The notes beneath the pieces are model-generated. The model did no database searches and was not told where the DNA came from. It worked only from the letters and a program-made list of their open reading frames with translations. DNA of 64,000 bases from Candidatus Methylomirabilota bacterium (GTDB lineage Bacteria > Methylomirabilota > Methylomirabilia > Rokubacteriales > CSP1-6), in NCBI GenBank assembly GCA_036001065.1, contig DASYUQ010000033.1, positions 37,283-101,282 of the forward strand, in the 5' to 3' direction. The position numbers and the translations under genes are program-made. Shown piece after piece: positions 1-9,442 of the stretch; position 1 is the first letter of the stretch, and each line of letters opens with the position of its first letter.

Positions 1-519
1 ATCACCGCGGTCCGCTATGCGCGCGAGCGGGGCGTGCCATACTTCGGGATCTGCCTGGGCATGCAGTGCGCGATCATCGAGTTCGCCCGCAACGTCTGCA
101 CCCTGGCCGGCGCGAACTCCTCGGAGTTCGATCCCGGCTCCCCCCATCCGGTCATCGACCTGCTGCCGGAGCAGCGGGCCATCGCCGCCAAGGGCGGGAC
201 CATGCGCCTGGGCCTCTATCCGATCGTGCTCGCCGAGGGGAGTCTGGCGGCGCAGCTCTACGGCCGGTCCATCATCCACGAGCGCCACCGGCACCGGTAC
301 GAAGTGAACAACGAGTATCTACAGCAGCTCGAGAAGAACGGCCTCCGCGTATCGGGCGTCTGGGCCGAGAAGCAGGTCGTGGAGATGATCGAGCTGCCCG
401 AGCACCCTTACTTCGTGGCCGGACAGTTCCACCCCGAGTTCCGCTCGCGCCCGTGGGACCCGCACCCGCTCTTCGCCGGCTTCGTGCACGCGGCCCTGGC
501 GCACGCGGGCCTGGCATGA
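1..519 (+). CDS. pyrG: CTP synthase, C-terminal glutamine amidotransferase domain (5' partial, gene continues upstream of the window)
   Basis: Frame-1 translation from nt 1 ([22 protein letters not shown]...) carries the class-I GATase Cys (GICLGMQ) and the HPEF region. Stop is TGA 517-519. Confidence 0.9.
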   Translation: MTAVRYARERGVPYFGICLGMQCAIIEFARNVCTLAGANSSEFDPGSPHPVIDLLPEQRAIAAKGGTMRLGLYPIVLAEGSLAAQLYGRSIIHERHRHRYEVNNEYLQQLEKNGLRVSGVWAEKQVVEMIELPEHPYFVAGQFHPEFRSRPWDPHPLFAGFVHAALAHAGLA

Positions 520-570
520 GCCGTCCTATGTTTATCGAAGAGTGGTATCGCGTCCAGAGCGCGCTCCTTC

Positions 571-700
571 GAGCGCCGGTTTTGCCGGCGCAATCCTTTG
601 GGGAGGTTCGGAGGGGGCCGCGCGGCCCCCTCCGACTTGGGGTCTCGGACGGGGCCGTCGCGCCCTGTGGGCGCGCCTGTGAAGGCGCCCCCTCCGACCT
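571..700 (+). repeat. GC-rich REP-like tandem-hairpin repeat, copy A (long form)
   Basis: CGCCGGTTTTGCCGGCG hairpin plus a GGAGGGGGCC-GCGC-GGCCCCCTCC hairpin plus a third GC hairpin, ending CCCTCCGACCT-ATG(kdsA). Between pyrG and kdsA. Confidence 0.75.
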
Positions 701-1546
701 ATGAGCGCGTCCACCCGGGAGGTGCGGGTCGGCTCGATCCCGATCGGCGGGGGTCATCCGCTGGTCCTCATCGGCGGCCCCTGCGCCATCGAGAACGAAA
801 AGCACGCACTCATGACCGCCGAGCGCCTCGCCACCATCGCCGCCGACCGCCGGGTCCCCTTCATCTACAAGTCCTCCTATGACAAGGCCAATCGCTCGTC
901 GGCGGACGGCTATCGCGGGCCCGGCCTGCAGGAGGGCCTGCGCATCCTTCGCCGCGTCCGGGACGGGGTGGGCGTGCCGGTGCTCTCCGACGTGCACCAG
1001 GTAGAGGAGGTGGCGCCTGCCGCCGAAGTCCTCGACGTGCTCCAGATTCCCGCCTTCCTGTGCCGGCAGACGGACCTGGTCCTGGCCGCGGCCCGTACGG
1101 GGAAGCCGGTCAACGTCAAGAAGGGCCAGTTCCTGGCGCCCCAAGACATGAAGAACATCGTGGACAAGGTGGTGTCGACGGGCAATCAGAGCGTGCTGCT
1201 GACCGAGCGCGGCACGACCTTCGGCTATCACAACCTCGTCGTCGACATGCGCGGGCTCATCCAGATGCGAGAGCTCGGTTTTCCCGTCGTCTTCGACGCC
1301 ACCCACTCCGTGCAGCGGCCCGGTGCCGGGGGCACGCGCTCGGGCGGCGAGCGCCAGTACGTGCCCGCGCTCGCGCGCGCGGCCATCGCCGTGGGCGTGG
1401 ATGCGCTCTTCATGGAGATGCACGAGGACCCCAACCGCACGCTATCAGACGGGCGCCCGCTGTCGGACGGGCCGAACATGCTGCGCATCGACGACCTGCC
1501 TCGGGTGCTCGATGAAGTGTGCGCGATCCGGGCCGCGCTGCGATGA
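701..1546 (+). CDS. kdsA: 2-dehydro-3-deoxyphosphooctonate aldolase (KDO-8-phosphate synthase)
   Basis: 281 aa ORF ([43 protein letters not shown]...) with DAHP/KDO8P-synthase family hallmarks. It sits in a kdsA-kdsD-lptCAB context. The ATG at 701 is the last bases of repeat copy A. Confidence 0.9.
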   Translation: MSASTREVRVGSIPIGGGHPLVLIGGPCAIENEKHALMTAERLATIAADRRVPFIYKSSYDKANRSSADGYRGPGLQEGLRILRRVRDGVGVPVLSDVHQVEEVAPAAEVLDVLQIPAFLCRQTDLVLAAARTGKPVNVKKGQFLAPQDMKNIVDKVVSTGNQSVLLTERGTTFGYHNLVVDMRGLIQMRELGFPVVFDATHSVQRPGAGGTRSGGERQYVPALARAAIAVGVDALFMEMHEDPNRTLSDGRPLSDGPNMLRIDDLPRVLDEVCAIRAALR

Positions 1547-2511
1547 GCAAGCCGCGCCGCCTGGCCGAGCGGGTCTTACGATTGGAGGCCGAGGCAATCC
1601 TCGCCCTCATTCCCCGCCTGGACGAGCGCTTCGACCGGGCGGTCGACCTGCTCTTCCGCTGCACCGGCCGCGTGATCGTCACCGGCATGGGCAAGTCCGG
1701 GCTCATCGGGCGGAAGATCGCCGCCACCCTGGCGTCGACGGGCACCCCCGCGTATTTCCTCCATCCGGCGGAGGGCGTGCACGGCGACCTCGGCATGGTC
1801 GCCCGCGGGGACGTCATGCTCGCGCTGTCGAACTCCGGCGAGACCGACGAGGTCCTGGCGATCCTCCCGCCGCTCAAGCGGCTCGGCGTGCCCATCGTGC
1901 TCCTCACGGGCAACCCGCAGTCCACGCTCGCCCGCCAGTGCGAGGTCATCCTGGACGTCGCCGTGGCCGAGGAGGCGTGCCCCATGAATCTCGCGCCCAC
2001 CTCGAGCACGACGGCGGCCCTCGCCGTGGGCGACGCGATCGCCATGGTGCTGCTGGAGCTGCGCGGCCTGAGACCGGAGGACTTCGCCGCGCTACATCCG
2101 CGGGGCAGCCTGGGCTGGCGCACGCTCTTCCGCATCGCGGATCTCATGCACACCGGCGACGAGGTGCCCGTCGTTCGGGCGGAGGCGCTCATGAAGGACG
2201 TCATCGTCGAGATGACGCACAAGCGCCTGGGCATGACGACGGTGGTGGATACGGACGGTCGTCTGCTCGGCGTGATCACCGACGGCGATTTGCGCCGGAT
2301 GCATCTCCGTCCGGAGCCGGTCGCCAACCTCCGCGCTGGCGAGGTCGCCTCGCGCACGCCCAAGACAATCGCCGCCGAGGATCTGGCCGCCAAGGCGCTG
2401 GAGGTGATGGAGACCTTCGCGATCACCAGTCTCGTCATCGTCGACGAAGAGCGGCGACCGATGGGTGTCATCCACCTCCACGACATCCTCCGCGCCAAGA
2501 TCGACATGTAA
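1543..2511 (+). CDS. kdsD: Arabinose-5-phosphate isomerase, KpsF/GutQ family (SIS domain plus tandem CBS domains)
   Basis: [22 protein letters not shown]... GMGKSG SIS motif and a C-terminal CBS pair. The start overlaps the kdsA stop (ATGA). Confidence 0.85.
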   Translation: MSKPRRLAERVLRLEAEAILALIPRLDERFDRAVDLLFRCTGRVIVTGMGKSGLIGRKIAATLASTGTPAYFLHPAEGVHGDLGMVARGDVMLALSNSGETDEVLAILPPLKRLGVPIVLLTGNPQSTLARQCEVILDVAVAEEACPMNLAPTSSTTAALAVGDAIAMVLLELRGLRPEDFAALHPRGSLGWRTLFRIADLMHTGDEVPVVRAEALMKDVIVEMTHKRLGMTTVVDTDGRLLGVITDGDLRRMHLRPEPVANLRAGEVASRTPKTIAAEDLAAKALEVMETFAITSLVIVDEERRPMGVIHLHDILRAKIDM

Positions 2512-2562
2512 TTGCGGCGCCAGGCGCTTTCCCCTTCCACGCTCTCCAGCCATGTGATAGGC

Positions 2563-2578
2563 TGGTATCGAAATTGCA
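2563..2578 (+). promoter_or_regulatory. Candidate sigma-54 (-24/-12) promoter element TGGTAT-N5-TTGCA immediately upstream of lptC
   Basis: The GG (2564-65) and GC (2576-77) dinucleotides are 11 nt apart, as in TGGCAC-N5-TTGCW. The predicted TSS falls at or next to the lptC ATG (2589). Confidence 0.3.
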
Positions 2579-2588
2579 GGGTGCCAAC

Positions 2589-3143
2589 ATGGATCGTCTA
2601 GCGCGCCGCATCCTAGTCGTCGTCGCCCTGTTCGTCCTGATCGTGGCGGGCATCCTCGTCGCCAGGAGCCGGACGGCCAGCATCGAAGCGCTCGGACCCC
2701 GGCCATCGAGCGCGGACATAAGCCTCAAAGAAGTCCAGCTTCAGGAGGAGTCCGCGGGTGGCGGGCGGTGGCAGCTCGTGGCGGATCAGGTCTCGGTGTT
2801 CGACCAGGAGGGGCGGACGGCTTTGCGCAGGGTCACGGTGCATGTCCAGGACCGGGATCGGGCCTGGACGATCGTCGGCGAGGAGGGGGACTTCTTCAAG
2901 GACACGAAGAACCTCGAGCTCCGCCGGAACGTGGTGCTGACGTCCGACGACGGGCTCCGGCTCGAGACGAGCGTGCTCCGCTGGCAGGGCACCGAGCGCC
3001 GGATGTGGACGGACGCACCGGTCAAACTCGTCCGCGAGGGGACGGTCATCGACGGCACTGCGCTCGACGTACGGATGGCCGACGAGGCCACCACGGTCAA
3101 GGGCCCGGTGCGGGCGACGTTCGGGCGCGGGCAGGGGCAGTGA
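2589..3143 (+). CDS. lptC: LPS export system protein LptC
   Basis: MDRLARRILVVVALFVLIVAGILVA... single N-terminal TM helix followed by an LptC/OstA-like beta-jellyroll region. It sits upstream of lptA-lptB. The annotated ORF 1323..3143 is longer only because of an out-of-frame upstream extension. Confidence 0.75.
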   Translation: MDRLARRILVVVALFVLIVAGILVARSRTASIEALGPRPSSADISLKEVQLQEESAGGGRWQLVADQVSVFDQEGRTALRRVTVHVQDRDRAWTIVGEEGDFFKDTKNLELRRNVVLTSDDGLRLETSVLRWQGTERRMWTDAPVKLVREGTVIDGTALDVRMADEATTVKGPVRATFGRGQGQ

Positions 3144-3724
3144 GGAGGCGCGCCCTGATCGGGCTCGGGTTGCTCGCCGCCGCGCTGGGGGCCGCCGCGG
3201 CCGCGCTGGCGCAGACGGGGCCACCTCCGCCGGCGACGCCGCCCCGGTCCGTCGAGGACCGGAATCAACCCGTGACCGTCGACGCCGACAGGATGGAGCG
3301 CTTCGGCAAGGAGAGCCTCGTCATCTTCATCGGAAACGTCGTGGCGCGCCAGAACAACTCCGTGCAGTACGCCGACCGCATGGAGGTCTATCTCGACGAG
3401 AAGGGCGACCGGATCTTGCGCACCGTATCAAGCGGGAACGTGCGCATCGTCACCAAGGACTGCCGGACGGGCACGGCCAAGCGCGCGGAGTACTTCGACC
3501 TCGAGCAGCGCATGGTGTTGATCGGCAACGCCCGCGTCTGGCAAGAGGACAACGTGGTGAGCGGCGACACGATCACCATCTTCCTCTCCCAGGACCGCAG
3601 CATCGTCCAAGGGGGACGCCAGGAGCGGGTCAAGGCGGTCTTCTACCAGAAGGAGCAGGCCAAGCCGGCCGACTCGACCACGACCGCGGCGGCGTCGAAA
3701 CCCCAGCCGGGCTGCCAGAACTGA
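3140..3724 (+). CDS. lptA: LPS transport periplasmic protein LptA (OstA-like)
   Basis: GTG start at 3140 overlaps the lptC stop (GTGA). It has a signal-peptide-like N-terminus (RRRALIGLGLLAAALGAAAAALAQ) and an OstA-like domain. Confidence 0.75.
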   Translation: MRRRALIGLGLLAAALGAAAAALAQTGPPPPATPPRSVEDRNQPVTVDADRMERFGKESLVIFIGNVVARQNNSVQYADRMEVYLDEKGDRILRTVSSGNVRIVTKDCRTGTAKRAEYFDLEQRMVLIGNARVWQEDNVVSGDTITIFLSQDRSIVQGGRQERVKAVFYQKEQAKPADSTTTAAASKPQPGCQN

Positions 3725-3728
3725 GCCG

Positions 3729-4451
3729 ATGGAAGGCCTCGTCGCTCTCGAGCTCACGAAGTGGTTCAAGCACCGCAAGGTCGTCGATCACGTGTCGCTC
3801 GACATCCAGCGGGGCGAGGTGGTCGGCCTGCTCGGCCCCAACGGCGCCGGCAAGACGACGTCCTTCTACATGATGGTCGGGCTCCTGCCGACGGACCGTG
3901 GCCGCATCTTCCTGGAGGGTGAGGAGATCAGCGCGCTGCCCATGTACCGCCGGTGCCGGATGGGGCTCGGCTATCTCCCGCAGGAATCGTCGGTGTTCCG
4001 GAAGCTGACCGTCGAGGAGAACCTCCTGGCGATCCTGGAGACGCTGGATCTCACGGCCGCCGAGCGGCGCGAGCGCTGCCATGAGCTCCTGGCCGAGCTG
4101 GACCTCACCCCGCTGGCGCCCTATCCCGCCGACACGCTCTCGGGCGGCGAGCGGCGCCGGCTCGAGATCACGCGGGCGCTGGTGACCTCGCCGCAGTACC
4201 TGCTCCTGGACGAGCCGTTCACCGGCATCGATCCGATCGCCATCGGTGACATCCAGGAGATCATCGCGCGGCTTCGCGATCGCGGCATCGGGATCCTCAT
4301 CACCGACCACAACGTCCGGGAGACGTTGTCGATCACCGACCGCGCCTACATCCTGTACGGTGGCAAGGTGCTGGTCTCCGGCACCGCCACCGAAATTGCC
4401 AACAACCCGACCGCCCGGGAGATCTACCTGGGCGAGCGGTTCTCTCTCTAG
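3729..4451 (+). CDS. lptB: LPS export ABC transporter ATP-binding protein LptB
   Basis: Walker A GPNGAGKTT, ABC signature LSGGERRR, Walker B LLLDEP. 240 aa. Confidence 0.92.
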   Translation: MEGLVALELTKWFKHRKVVDHVSLDIQRGEVVGLLGPNGAGKTTSFYMMVGLLPTDRGRIFLEGEEISALPMYRRCRMGLGYLPQESSVFRKLTVEENLLAILETLDLTAAERRERCHELLAELDLTPLAPYPADTLSGGERRRLEITRALVTSPQYLLLDEPFTGIDPIAIGDIQEIIARLRDRGIGILITDHNVRETLSITDRAYILYGGKVLVSGTATEIANNPTAREIYLGERFSL

Positions 4452-4468
4452 CCCGGAAGAGCTCCGCC

Positions 4469-5926
4469 ATGGCGATGGAAACCCGACTTTCCCTCCGGCA
4501 GAGCCAGCGGGTGGTCATGACCCCGCTGCTGCAGCAGGCGATCCAGCTCCTGCAGCTCTCCACGCTCGAGCTGCAGGAGGTGGTGCAGAAGGAGCTGCTG
4601 GAGAACCCGCTCCTGGAGGAGGTGCCGACCGAGGCGCCGGAGGCGCCGGAGACGCCGGACAGCCCGCAGGCGCCCGAGCCGCCCCCACCCGCCTCCCAGC
4701 CGGTCGAGCCGTCCCCCGTCGACAAGGAGCGGGCCACCGACGACCTGCCGTTCGACCTGCCCGCGGTGATGTTCGACGACGACCACCAGGAGCGCTCGCT
4801 CGTCGCCCAGGAGGAACGCGACGACCTGCCCTTCGAGAACATGGTGCGCTCCGAGTCGTCGCTCACCGATCACCTGGAGGAGCAGCTCCGCTTCTCCACC
4901 ACGGACCCCGTGATCCGCCGGATCGGCAACGAGATCATCGGCAACCTGGACGACGACGGCTACCTGCGCGCGGAGCCCAGCGAGATCGCCCAGCGCTGCG
5001 ACGTCTCCGTGGAGGAGGCCGAGCGCGTGGTGGCGATGGTGCAGGGCTTCGACCCACCCGGCGTAGCCGCCCGCTCCGTCCAGGAGTGCCTGCTGATCCA
5101 GCTCAAGAGCGACCCCAACCCGGATCCGGTCTCGGTCGAGATCGTGGAGCAGCACTTCGAGGACCTCTCGCGCCGCCGGTACCCCGACATCGCGCGGGCG
5201 CTCAAGCTGCCCCTGGACCGCGTGATGGAGTCGGTGGAAGAGATCATGGGCCTGGAGCCGAAGCCGGGCCGCCGCTTCGGGGGCAACGACTCGCGCTACA
5301 TCGTGCCCGACGTCGTCGTCCACAAGATGGGCAGCGACTACGTCGTCGTCCTCAACGAGGACGGCATTCCGCGCCTGCGGGTCAACTCGCTCTACCGGTC
5401 GCTGCTCCGCACCGCCGGCGACGAAGCGCGCCAGTACGTCGAGCAGAAGCTCCGCTCGGCGGTGTGGCTGATCAAGAGCGTGGATCAGCGGCAGCGGACG
5501 CTGCGGAAGGTGACCCAGTCGATCGTCAAGTTCCAGCGGGAGTTCCTCGACAAAGGACTGCCGTACCTGCGGCCGCTGTCCCTGCGCGACGTCGGCGAAG
5601 ATATCGGCATGCACGAGTCCACCATCAGCCGGGTGACCACGAACAAGTACGTGGAGACGCCTCAAGGGCTCTTCGAGCTGAAGTTCTTCTTCCACAGCGG
5701 CATCGCTTCGGACGGCGGCGACATGGTCTCGTCCGTGTCCGTCAAGAAGATGATCCAGGACCTGCTGGCCAACGAGGATCCCTCCAAGCCGCTCTCCGAC
5801 CAGGAAGTGGCCCAGATCCTGAAGGGCCGGGGGCTCGTGATCGCGCGGCGTACGGTAGCCAAGTACCGGGAGGAGCTGGGGATCCTGCCCTCCCATCAGC
5901 GCCGCCTCGCGCCCAAGCGGCGGTAG
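4469..5926 (+). CDS. rpoN: RNA polymerase sigma-54 factor
   Basis: 485 aa. It has the N-terminal Gln/Leu-rich region I, the acidic region and the C-terminal RpoN box (ARRTVAKYRE). Confidence 0.95.
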   Translation: MAMETRLSLRQSQRVVMTPLLQQAIQLLQLSTLELQEVVQKELLENPLLEEVPTEAPEAPETPDSPQAPEPPPPASQPVEPSPVDKERATDDLPFDLPAVMFDDDHQERSLVAQEERDDLPFENMVRSESSLTDHLEEQLRFSTTDPVIRRIGNEIIGNLDDDGYLRAEPSEIAQRCDVSVEEAERVVAMVQGFDPPGVAARSVQECLLIQLKSDPNPDPVSVEIVEQHFEDLSRRRYPDIARALKLPLDRVMESVEEIMGLEPKPGRRFGGNDSRYIVPDVVVHKMGSDYVVVLNEDGIPRLRVNSLYRSLLRTAGDEARQYVEQKLRSAVWLIKSVDQRQRTLRKVTQSIVKFQREFLDKGLPYLRPLSLRDVGEDIGMHESTISRVTTNKYVETPQGLFELKFFFHSGIASDGGDMVSSVSVKKMIQDLLANEDPSKPLSDQEVAQILKGRGLVIARRTVAKYREELGILPSHQRRLAPKRR

Positions 5927-5940
5927 GTGCGGCGGCCCCG

Positions 5941-6465
5941 ATGCAGGTGATCATCAGCGGCCGCGGCGTCATGCTCACGCCGGGGTTCAAGGCGCTAATC
6001 GAACGCAAGGTGACGAAGGTCGCCCGCGTGCTCCCGAAGATCCTCGACGCCCGGGTCGTGTGCGCGGCCGAGAAGTTCCGCCGGACGGCCCGGTTCACGC
6101 TACGGGCCCGGCGGCGGACCTTCTCGAGCGAGGCGACGGCCGGCGACCTCGTGGCGGCGGTGGACGACGCGCTCGAGGCCCTGGGCCGGCAGGTCCGCGA
6201 GGACAAGGACCGCCGCCAGCACCGGGGACGAGCCGGGCAGGCGCGCCTGCCGAGCCGTCCGCCGACCGGCCCCGACGCGGGAGCGGGGCCGGACCTGGTC
6301 CCGCGCCGCCTGGTCGCCAAGCCCATGTCGGTGGAGGAGGCAGTGATGCAGCTCGGCCTCCGCGACGGCCAGTTCCTCGTCTTCCGCAACGCCGAGACCA
6401 GCGACGTCAACGTGCTGTACCGCCGCCGCAACGGCGGCCTGGGCCTCATCGAGCCAGTGGCGTGA
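5941..6465 (+). CDS. hpf: Ribosome hibernation promoting factor, long form (sigma-54 modulation protein family)
   Basis: MQVIISGRGVMLTPGFKALIERKVTK... 174 aa with a C-terminal dimerisation extension. Its conserved position is directly after rpoN. Confidence 0.85.
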   Translation: MQVIISGRGVMLTPGFKALIERKVTKVARVLPKILDARVVCAAEKFRRTARFTLRARRRTFSSEATAGDLVAAVDDALEALGRQVREDKDRRQHRGRAGQARLPSRPPTGPDAGAGPDLVPRRLVAKPMSVEEAVMQLGLRDGQFLVFRNAETSDVNVLYRRRNGGLGLIEPVA

Positions 6466-7337
6466 CGGCGGCCGAGTCGATCGGGTTCGTCGTCATCACC
6501 GGCATGAGCGGGGCCGGCAAGAGCTTCGCCATCAAGTGCTTCGAGGACATGGGCTACTTCTGTGTCGACAACCTGCCGACCACGCTGATCCCCACCTTCT
6601 CGGACTTGGTGGCCCGCTCGATGCAGAAGATCCGCCGCGTCGCGCTGGGCGTGGACGTGCGGGAAGGGGAGTACCTCTCGCACCTCCTCGACGCGCTCCA
6701 GGCGCTCAAGGCGCGCCGCCACGCGGTGGAGGTCCTCTTCATCGAGGCCGGCGACGAGGCGCTCGTCCGCCGCTACCACGAGACGCGCCGACGCCACCCG
6801 CTGGCCGGCGACGGCCACGTGCTGGACGCGATCCGGGCCGAGCGCAAGGCGCTGGCCCACATGCGCGAGATCGCCGATCGGATCGTCGATACCTCGGCGT
6901 TGACCGTCCACCAGTTCCGGGATCTCCTCGTCGAGCTCTACGGGGCGCCGAAGGCGCGGGCGGGGCTGGCGACGATGCTGATCTCCTTCGGCTTCAAGCA
7001 CGGCATCCCGATCGATGCCGACCTGGTCTTCGACGTCCGCTTCCTGGCCAATCCCCATTTCGTCGACAATCTCCGGGCCCTGGACGGCCGGGACGCGCGC
7101 GTGCGGGAGTTCATCATGCGCCATCCCGAGAGCCGGGAGCTGCTGGCGCGACTTCAAGATCTGCTGCGCTTCCTCCTGCCCGCCTACGAGCGGGAGGGCA
7201 AGGCGTACCTGACGATCGCCGTCGGCTGCACCGGCGGGCGCCACCGCTCGGTCGCCGTCGTGGAGGAACTCAAGCCGTTCCTCGACGAGCTCGGTCTCGC
7301 GCCGAGCGTCGTGCACCGGGATCTGGATCGCGAGTAG
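6462..7337 (+). CDS. rapZ: RNase adapter protein RapZ (P-loop NTPase, YvcJ family)
   Basis: GTG start overlaps the hpf stop. VVITGMSGAGKS Walker A. The rpoN-hpf-rapZ order is the usual one, although ptsN and kdsC are absent here. Confidence 0.85.
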   Translation: MTAAESIGFVVITGMSGAGKSFAIKCFEDMGYFCVDNLPTTLIPTFSDLVARSMQKIRRVALGVDVREGEYLSHLLDALQALKARRHAVEVLFIEAGDEALVRRYHETRRRHPLAGDGHVLDAIRAERKALAHMREIADRIVDTSALTVHQFRDLLVELYGAPKARAGLATMLISFGFKHGIPIDADLVFDVRFLANPHFVDNLRALDGRDARVREFIMRHPESRELLARLQDLLRFLLPAYEREGKAYLTIAVGCTGGRHRSVAVVEELKPFLDELGLAPSVVHRDLDRE

Positions 7338-7342
7338 GGCTC

Positions 7343-9442
7343 GTGAGCGGTGGGCGGCTGGCGCTCGGCTTTGGCGTCCACAATCACCAGCCTGTCGGCC
7401 AGTTCGATCACGTTCTCGAGGAGGCCACGGCCCGGGCGTACCGGCCCTTCCTCGAGCGCCTGCACGCCCACCCCGAAGTCCGCCTGACCGCGCACTGGAC
7501 GGGAAGCCTTCTGGAGTGGCTGCGCGAGCGCTCGCCGGCCACGTTCGATCTGCTCGCCACCCTGGTCGGCCGCGGCCAGGTCGAGCTGCTCACCGGGGGG
7601 TTCTACGAGCCGATCCTGGCGATCCTGCCCGACCAGGACAAGGTCGGCCAGATCGAGCTCCTCACCGACTTCATCAAGTCGCACTTCGGCGTCCGCCCCC
7701 GCGGCATGTGGCTGGCCGAGCGCGTGTGGGAGCCCCAGCTGCCCCGGACCATCCGGGACGCGGGCGTCGAGTACGTGCTCGTCGACGACAGCCACTTCGC
7801 CCTGGCCGGCTTCGATCCCGATACGCTGGGTGGCTACTACCTCACCGAGGACCAGGGCGCCGTGGTCGGCGTCTTTCCCATCAACCAGCGCCTGCGCTAC
7901 CTGATCCCGTTCGCCGAGGTCGAGGCCACGGTCGAGTACCTCGAGAGTCGGCGGTCGCGGGTGGAAACGCTGACGATGGTCGACGACGGCGAGAAGTTCG
8001 GGGTGTGGCCGGGCACCTACGCGCTGGTCTATGAACGGCAGTGGCTCGACCGCTTCTTCGACCGCCTCCTCGCGCTCCCGTGGCTCGAGCTGACCACGTT
8101 CGCCGACGTCGTCGACCGGTTCCGCGCCGCCGGTCGCGTCTACCTGCCCACCGCCTCCTACCGAGAGATGGGCGAATGGGCCCTGCTGCCGGCGGCCGGG
8201 CGCCAGCTGGAGATCGCCAAGCGCGACGTGGGCACGCTCGCCGACGGGGCGCGGCTGCAGACGCTGCTGCGCGGCGGCTTCTGGCGCGCCTTCCTGGTGA
8301 AATATCCCGAGGTCGCGGACGTCTACTGGAAGATGCTCCGGCTGTCGCAGGCGATCCACCACGAAGCGGCTCGGCGCCCGGACGACGCCCGGATCGCCCA
8401 GGCCAGGACCGCGCTCTGGCGCGGCCAGGCCAACGACGCGTACTGGCACGGCGTCTTCGGCGGCTGCTATCTGCCGCATCTCCGGCGAGCCGTCAAGCAG
8501 TCACTGCTCGAGGCCGAGCGCCTGCTGGCCCGTGCGGTGGGCGCGCCCGAGGTGGCGTGGACACGCGCCGATGGCAACGGCGACGGGCGCGAAGAGATCC
8601 ACGTCCGCACGCGCGAGCTCGTGGTGACGCTCAATCCCGAGGCGGGCGGCACCCTCACGGAGCTGAGCCATCTCGGGCGCGCGCTCGATCTGGCGGACGT
8701 GCTGGCACGCCGGCCCGAGACGTACCACGACCAGCTCCGGCAGCAGGGCCGCGCCGCCGCCCCCGCGGCCGCCGAGGTGCGGACGATCCACGAGCCGCCC
8801 GTCGCCAAGGAGGCCGGACTCGGCGAGCTGCTGGCCTACGACGAGTTCCGTCGCGGATCCCTGCTCGACGGCCTCTTCCCCGCCGCCGGTGACCTCGACC
8901 CCGTCGCGCCCTGGAGCGCCGCCCGGGTGGCGCTCGGTCGGGCGCGTTTCGGCCCGCGCGTCGAAGAGACGCCGGACGGCGTCGCCGCGGTGCTCACGCT
9001 CGAGCCCGGGGACGACACGCCGCTCCGGATCGAAAAGCGCGTCCTGATCGGGCCGGCCACGGTCGAAGCCCGCTACCGGCTCCGGCCGACGGCGGCGGCT
9101 CTCCCGGGCCGCTGGGCGGTTCAGTGGAATCTCGCGCTCACCGCGGGCGACGGGCCCGACCGGTACTTGGCGCTGCCCGGCCGGCCGCCGCTCCGAGGCG
9201 CCGGGCGACGAGCCGACGTCTCGAGCGTCACGCTGGTCGACGAATGGATCGGCATCGAGGCGCGTCTCGGCTGGAGCCCGGCGGCCGAGCTCTCGTGGGG
9301 ACCCGTGGAGACGGTGTCGGTGTCGGAAGGAGGCTTCGAACGAATCTACCAGGGCACCGCTTTTCTCATCGTGTGGCCGCTGCCGGCCGTATCCTCTGAG
9401 GGGTGGGAGCTGACGACCAGCTTGAGCGTGAGCGCGCGGTGA
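7343..9442 (+). CDS. Glycoside hydrolase family 57 protein (alpha-amylase / 4-alpha-glucanotransferase / branching-enzyme type)
   Basis: GFGVHNHQPVGQF N-terminal GH57 signature with conserved Glu/Asp regions. About 699 aa, starting at GTG 7343. Confidence 0.8.
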   Translation: MSGGRLALGFGVHNHQPVGQFDHVLEEATARAYRPFLERLHAHPEVRLTAHWTGSLLEWLRERSPATFDLLATLVGRGQVELLTGGFYEPILAILPDQDKVGQIELLTDFIKSHFGVRPRGMWLAERVWEPQLPRTIRDAGVEYVLVDDSHFALAGFDPDTLGGYYLTEDQGAVVGVFPINQRLRYLIPFAEVEATVEYLESRRSRVETLTMVDDGEKFGVWPGTYALVYERQWLDRFFDRLLALPWLELTTFADVVDRFRAAGRVYLPTASYREMGEWALLPAAGRQLEIAKRDVGTLADGARLQTLLRGGFWRAFLVKYPEVADVYWKMLRLSQAIHHEAARRPDDARIAQARTALWRGQANDAYWHGVFGGCYLPHLRRAVKQSLLEAERLLARAVGAPEVAWTRADGNGDGREEIHVRTRELVVTLNPEAGGTLTELSHLGRALDLADVLARRPETYHDQLRQQGRAAAPAAAEVRTIHEPPVAKEAGLGELLAYDEFRRGSLLDGLFPAAGDLDPVAPWSAARVALGRARFGPRVEETPDGVAAVLTLEPGDDTPLRIEKRVLIGPATVEARYRLRPTAAALPGRWAVQWNLALTAGDGPDRYLALPGRPPLRGAGRRADVSSVTLVDEWIGIEARLGWSPAAELSWGPVETVSVSEGGFERIYQGTAFLIVWPLPAVSSEGWELTTSLSVSAR

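Noticed and set aside
272-1423. Long antisense or out-of-frame ORFs throughout the track (for example 272..1423 -, 1410..2540 -, 4448..5896 -, 5742..7316 -, 7184..8479 -, 11726..13165 -, 13171..15168 -, 16555..18507 +, 19533..21860 -, 26558..28219 -, 28439..30190 -, 35237..36625 -, 42055..43485 -, 50463..51527 -, 51194..52660 +, 60075..61361 -)
   Set aside because: They are the typical stop-codon-poor alternative frames of a 68% GC genome. Each overlaps a gene with strong family signatures on the other strand or frame, and their products are Arg/Pro/Gly-rich with no domains.
1323-3143. Very long ORFs whose 3' part is a real gene (1323..3143, 2768..3724, 4246..6465, 6060..7337, 6536..9442, 12568..15906, 21500..22954, 31246..33948 -, 54363..55844 -, 55561..57555)
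   Set aside because: Only the 3' portions (lptC, lptA, hpf, rapZ, GH57, UPF0182, birA, sorC, marR, sulfite oxidase) show coding signatures. The 5' extensions are open frames running through upstream genes, and starts were re-set accordingly.
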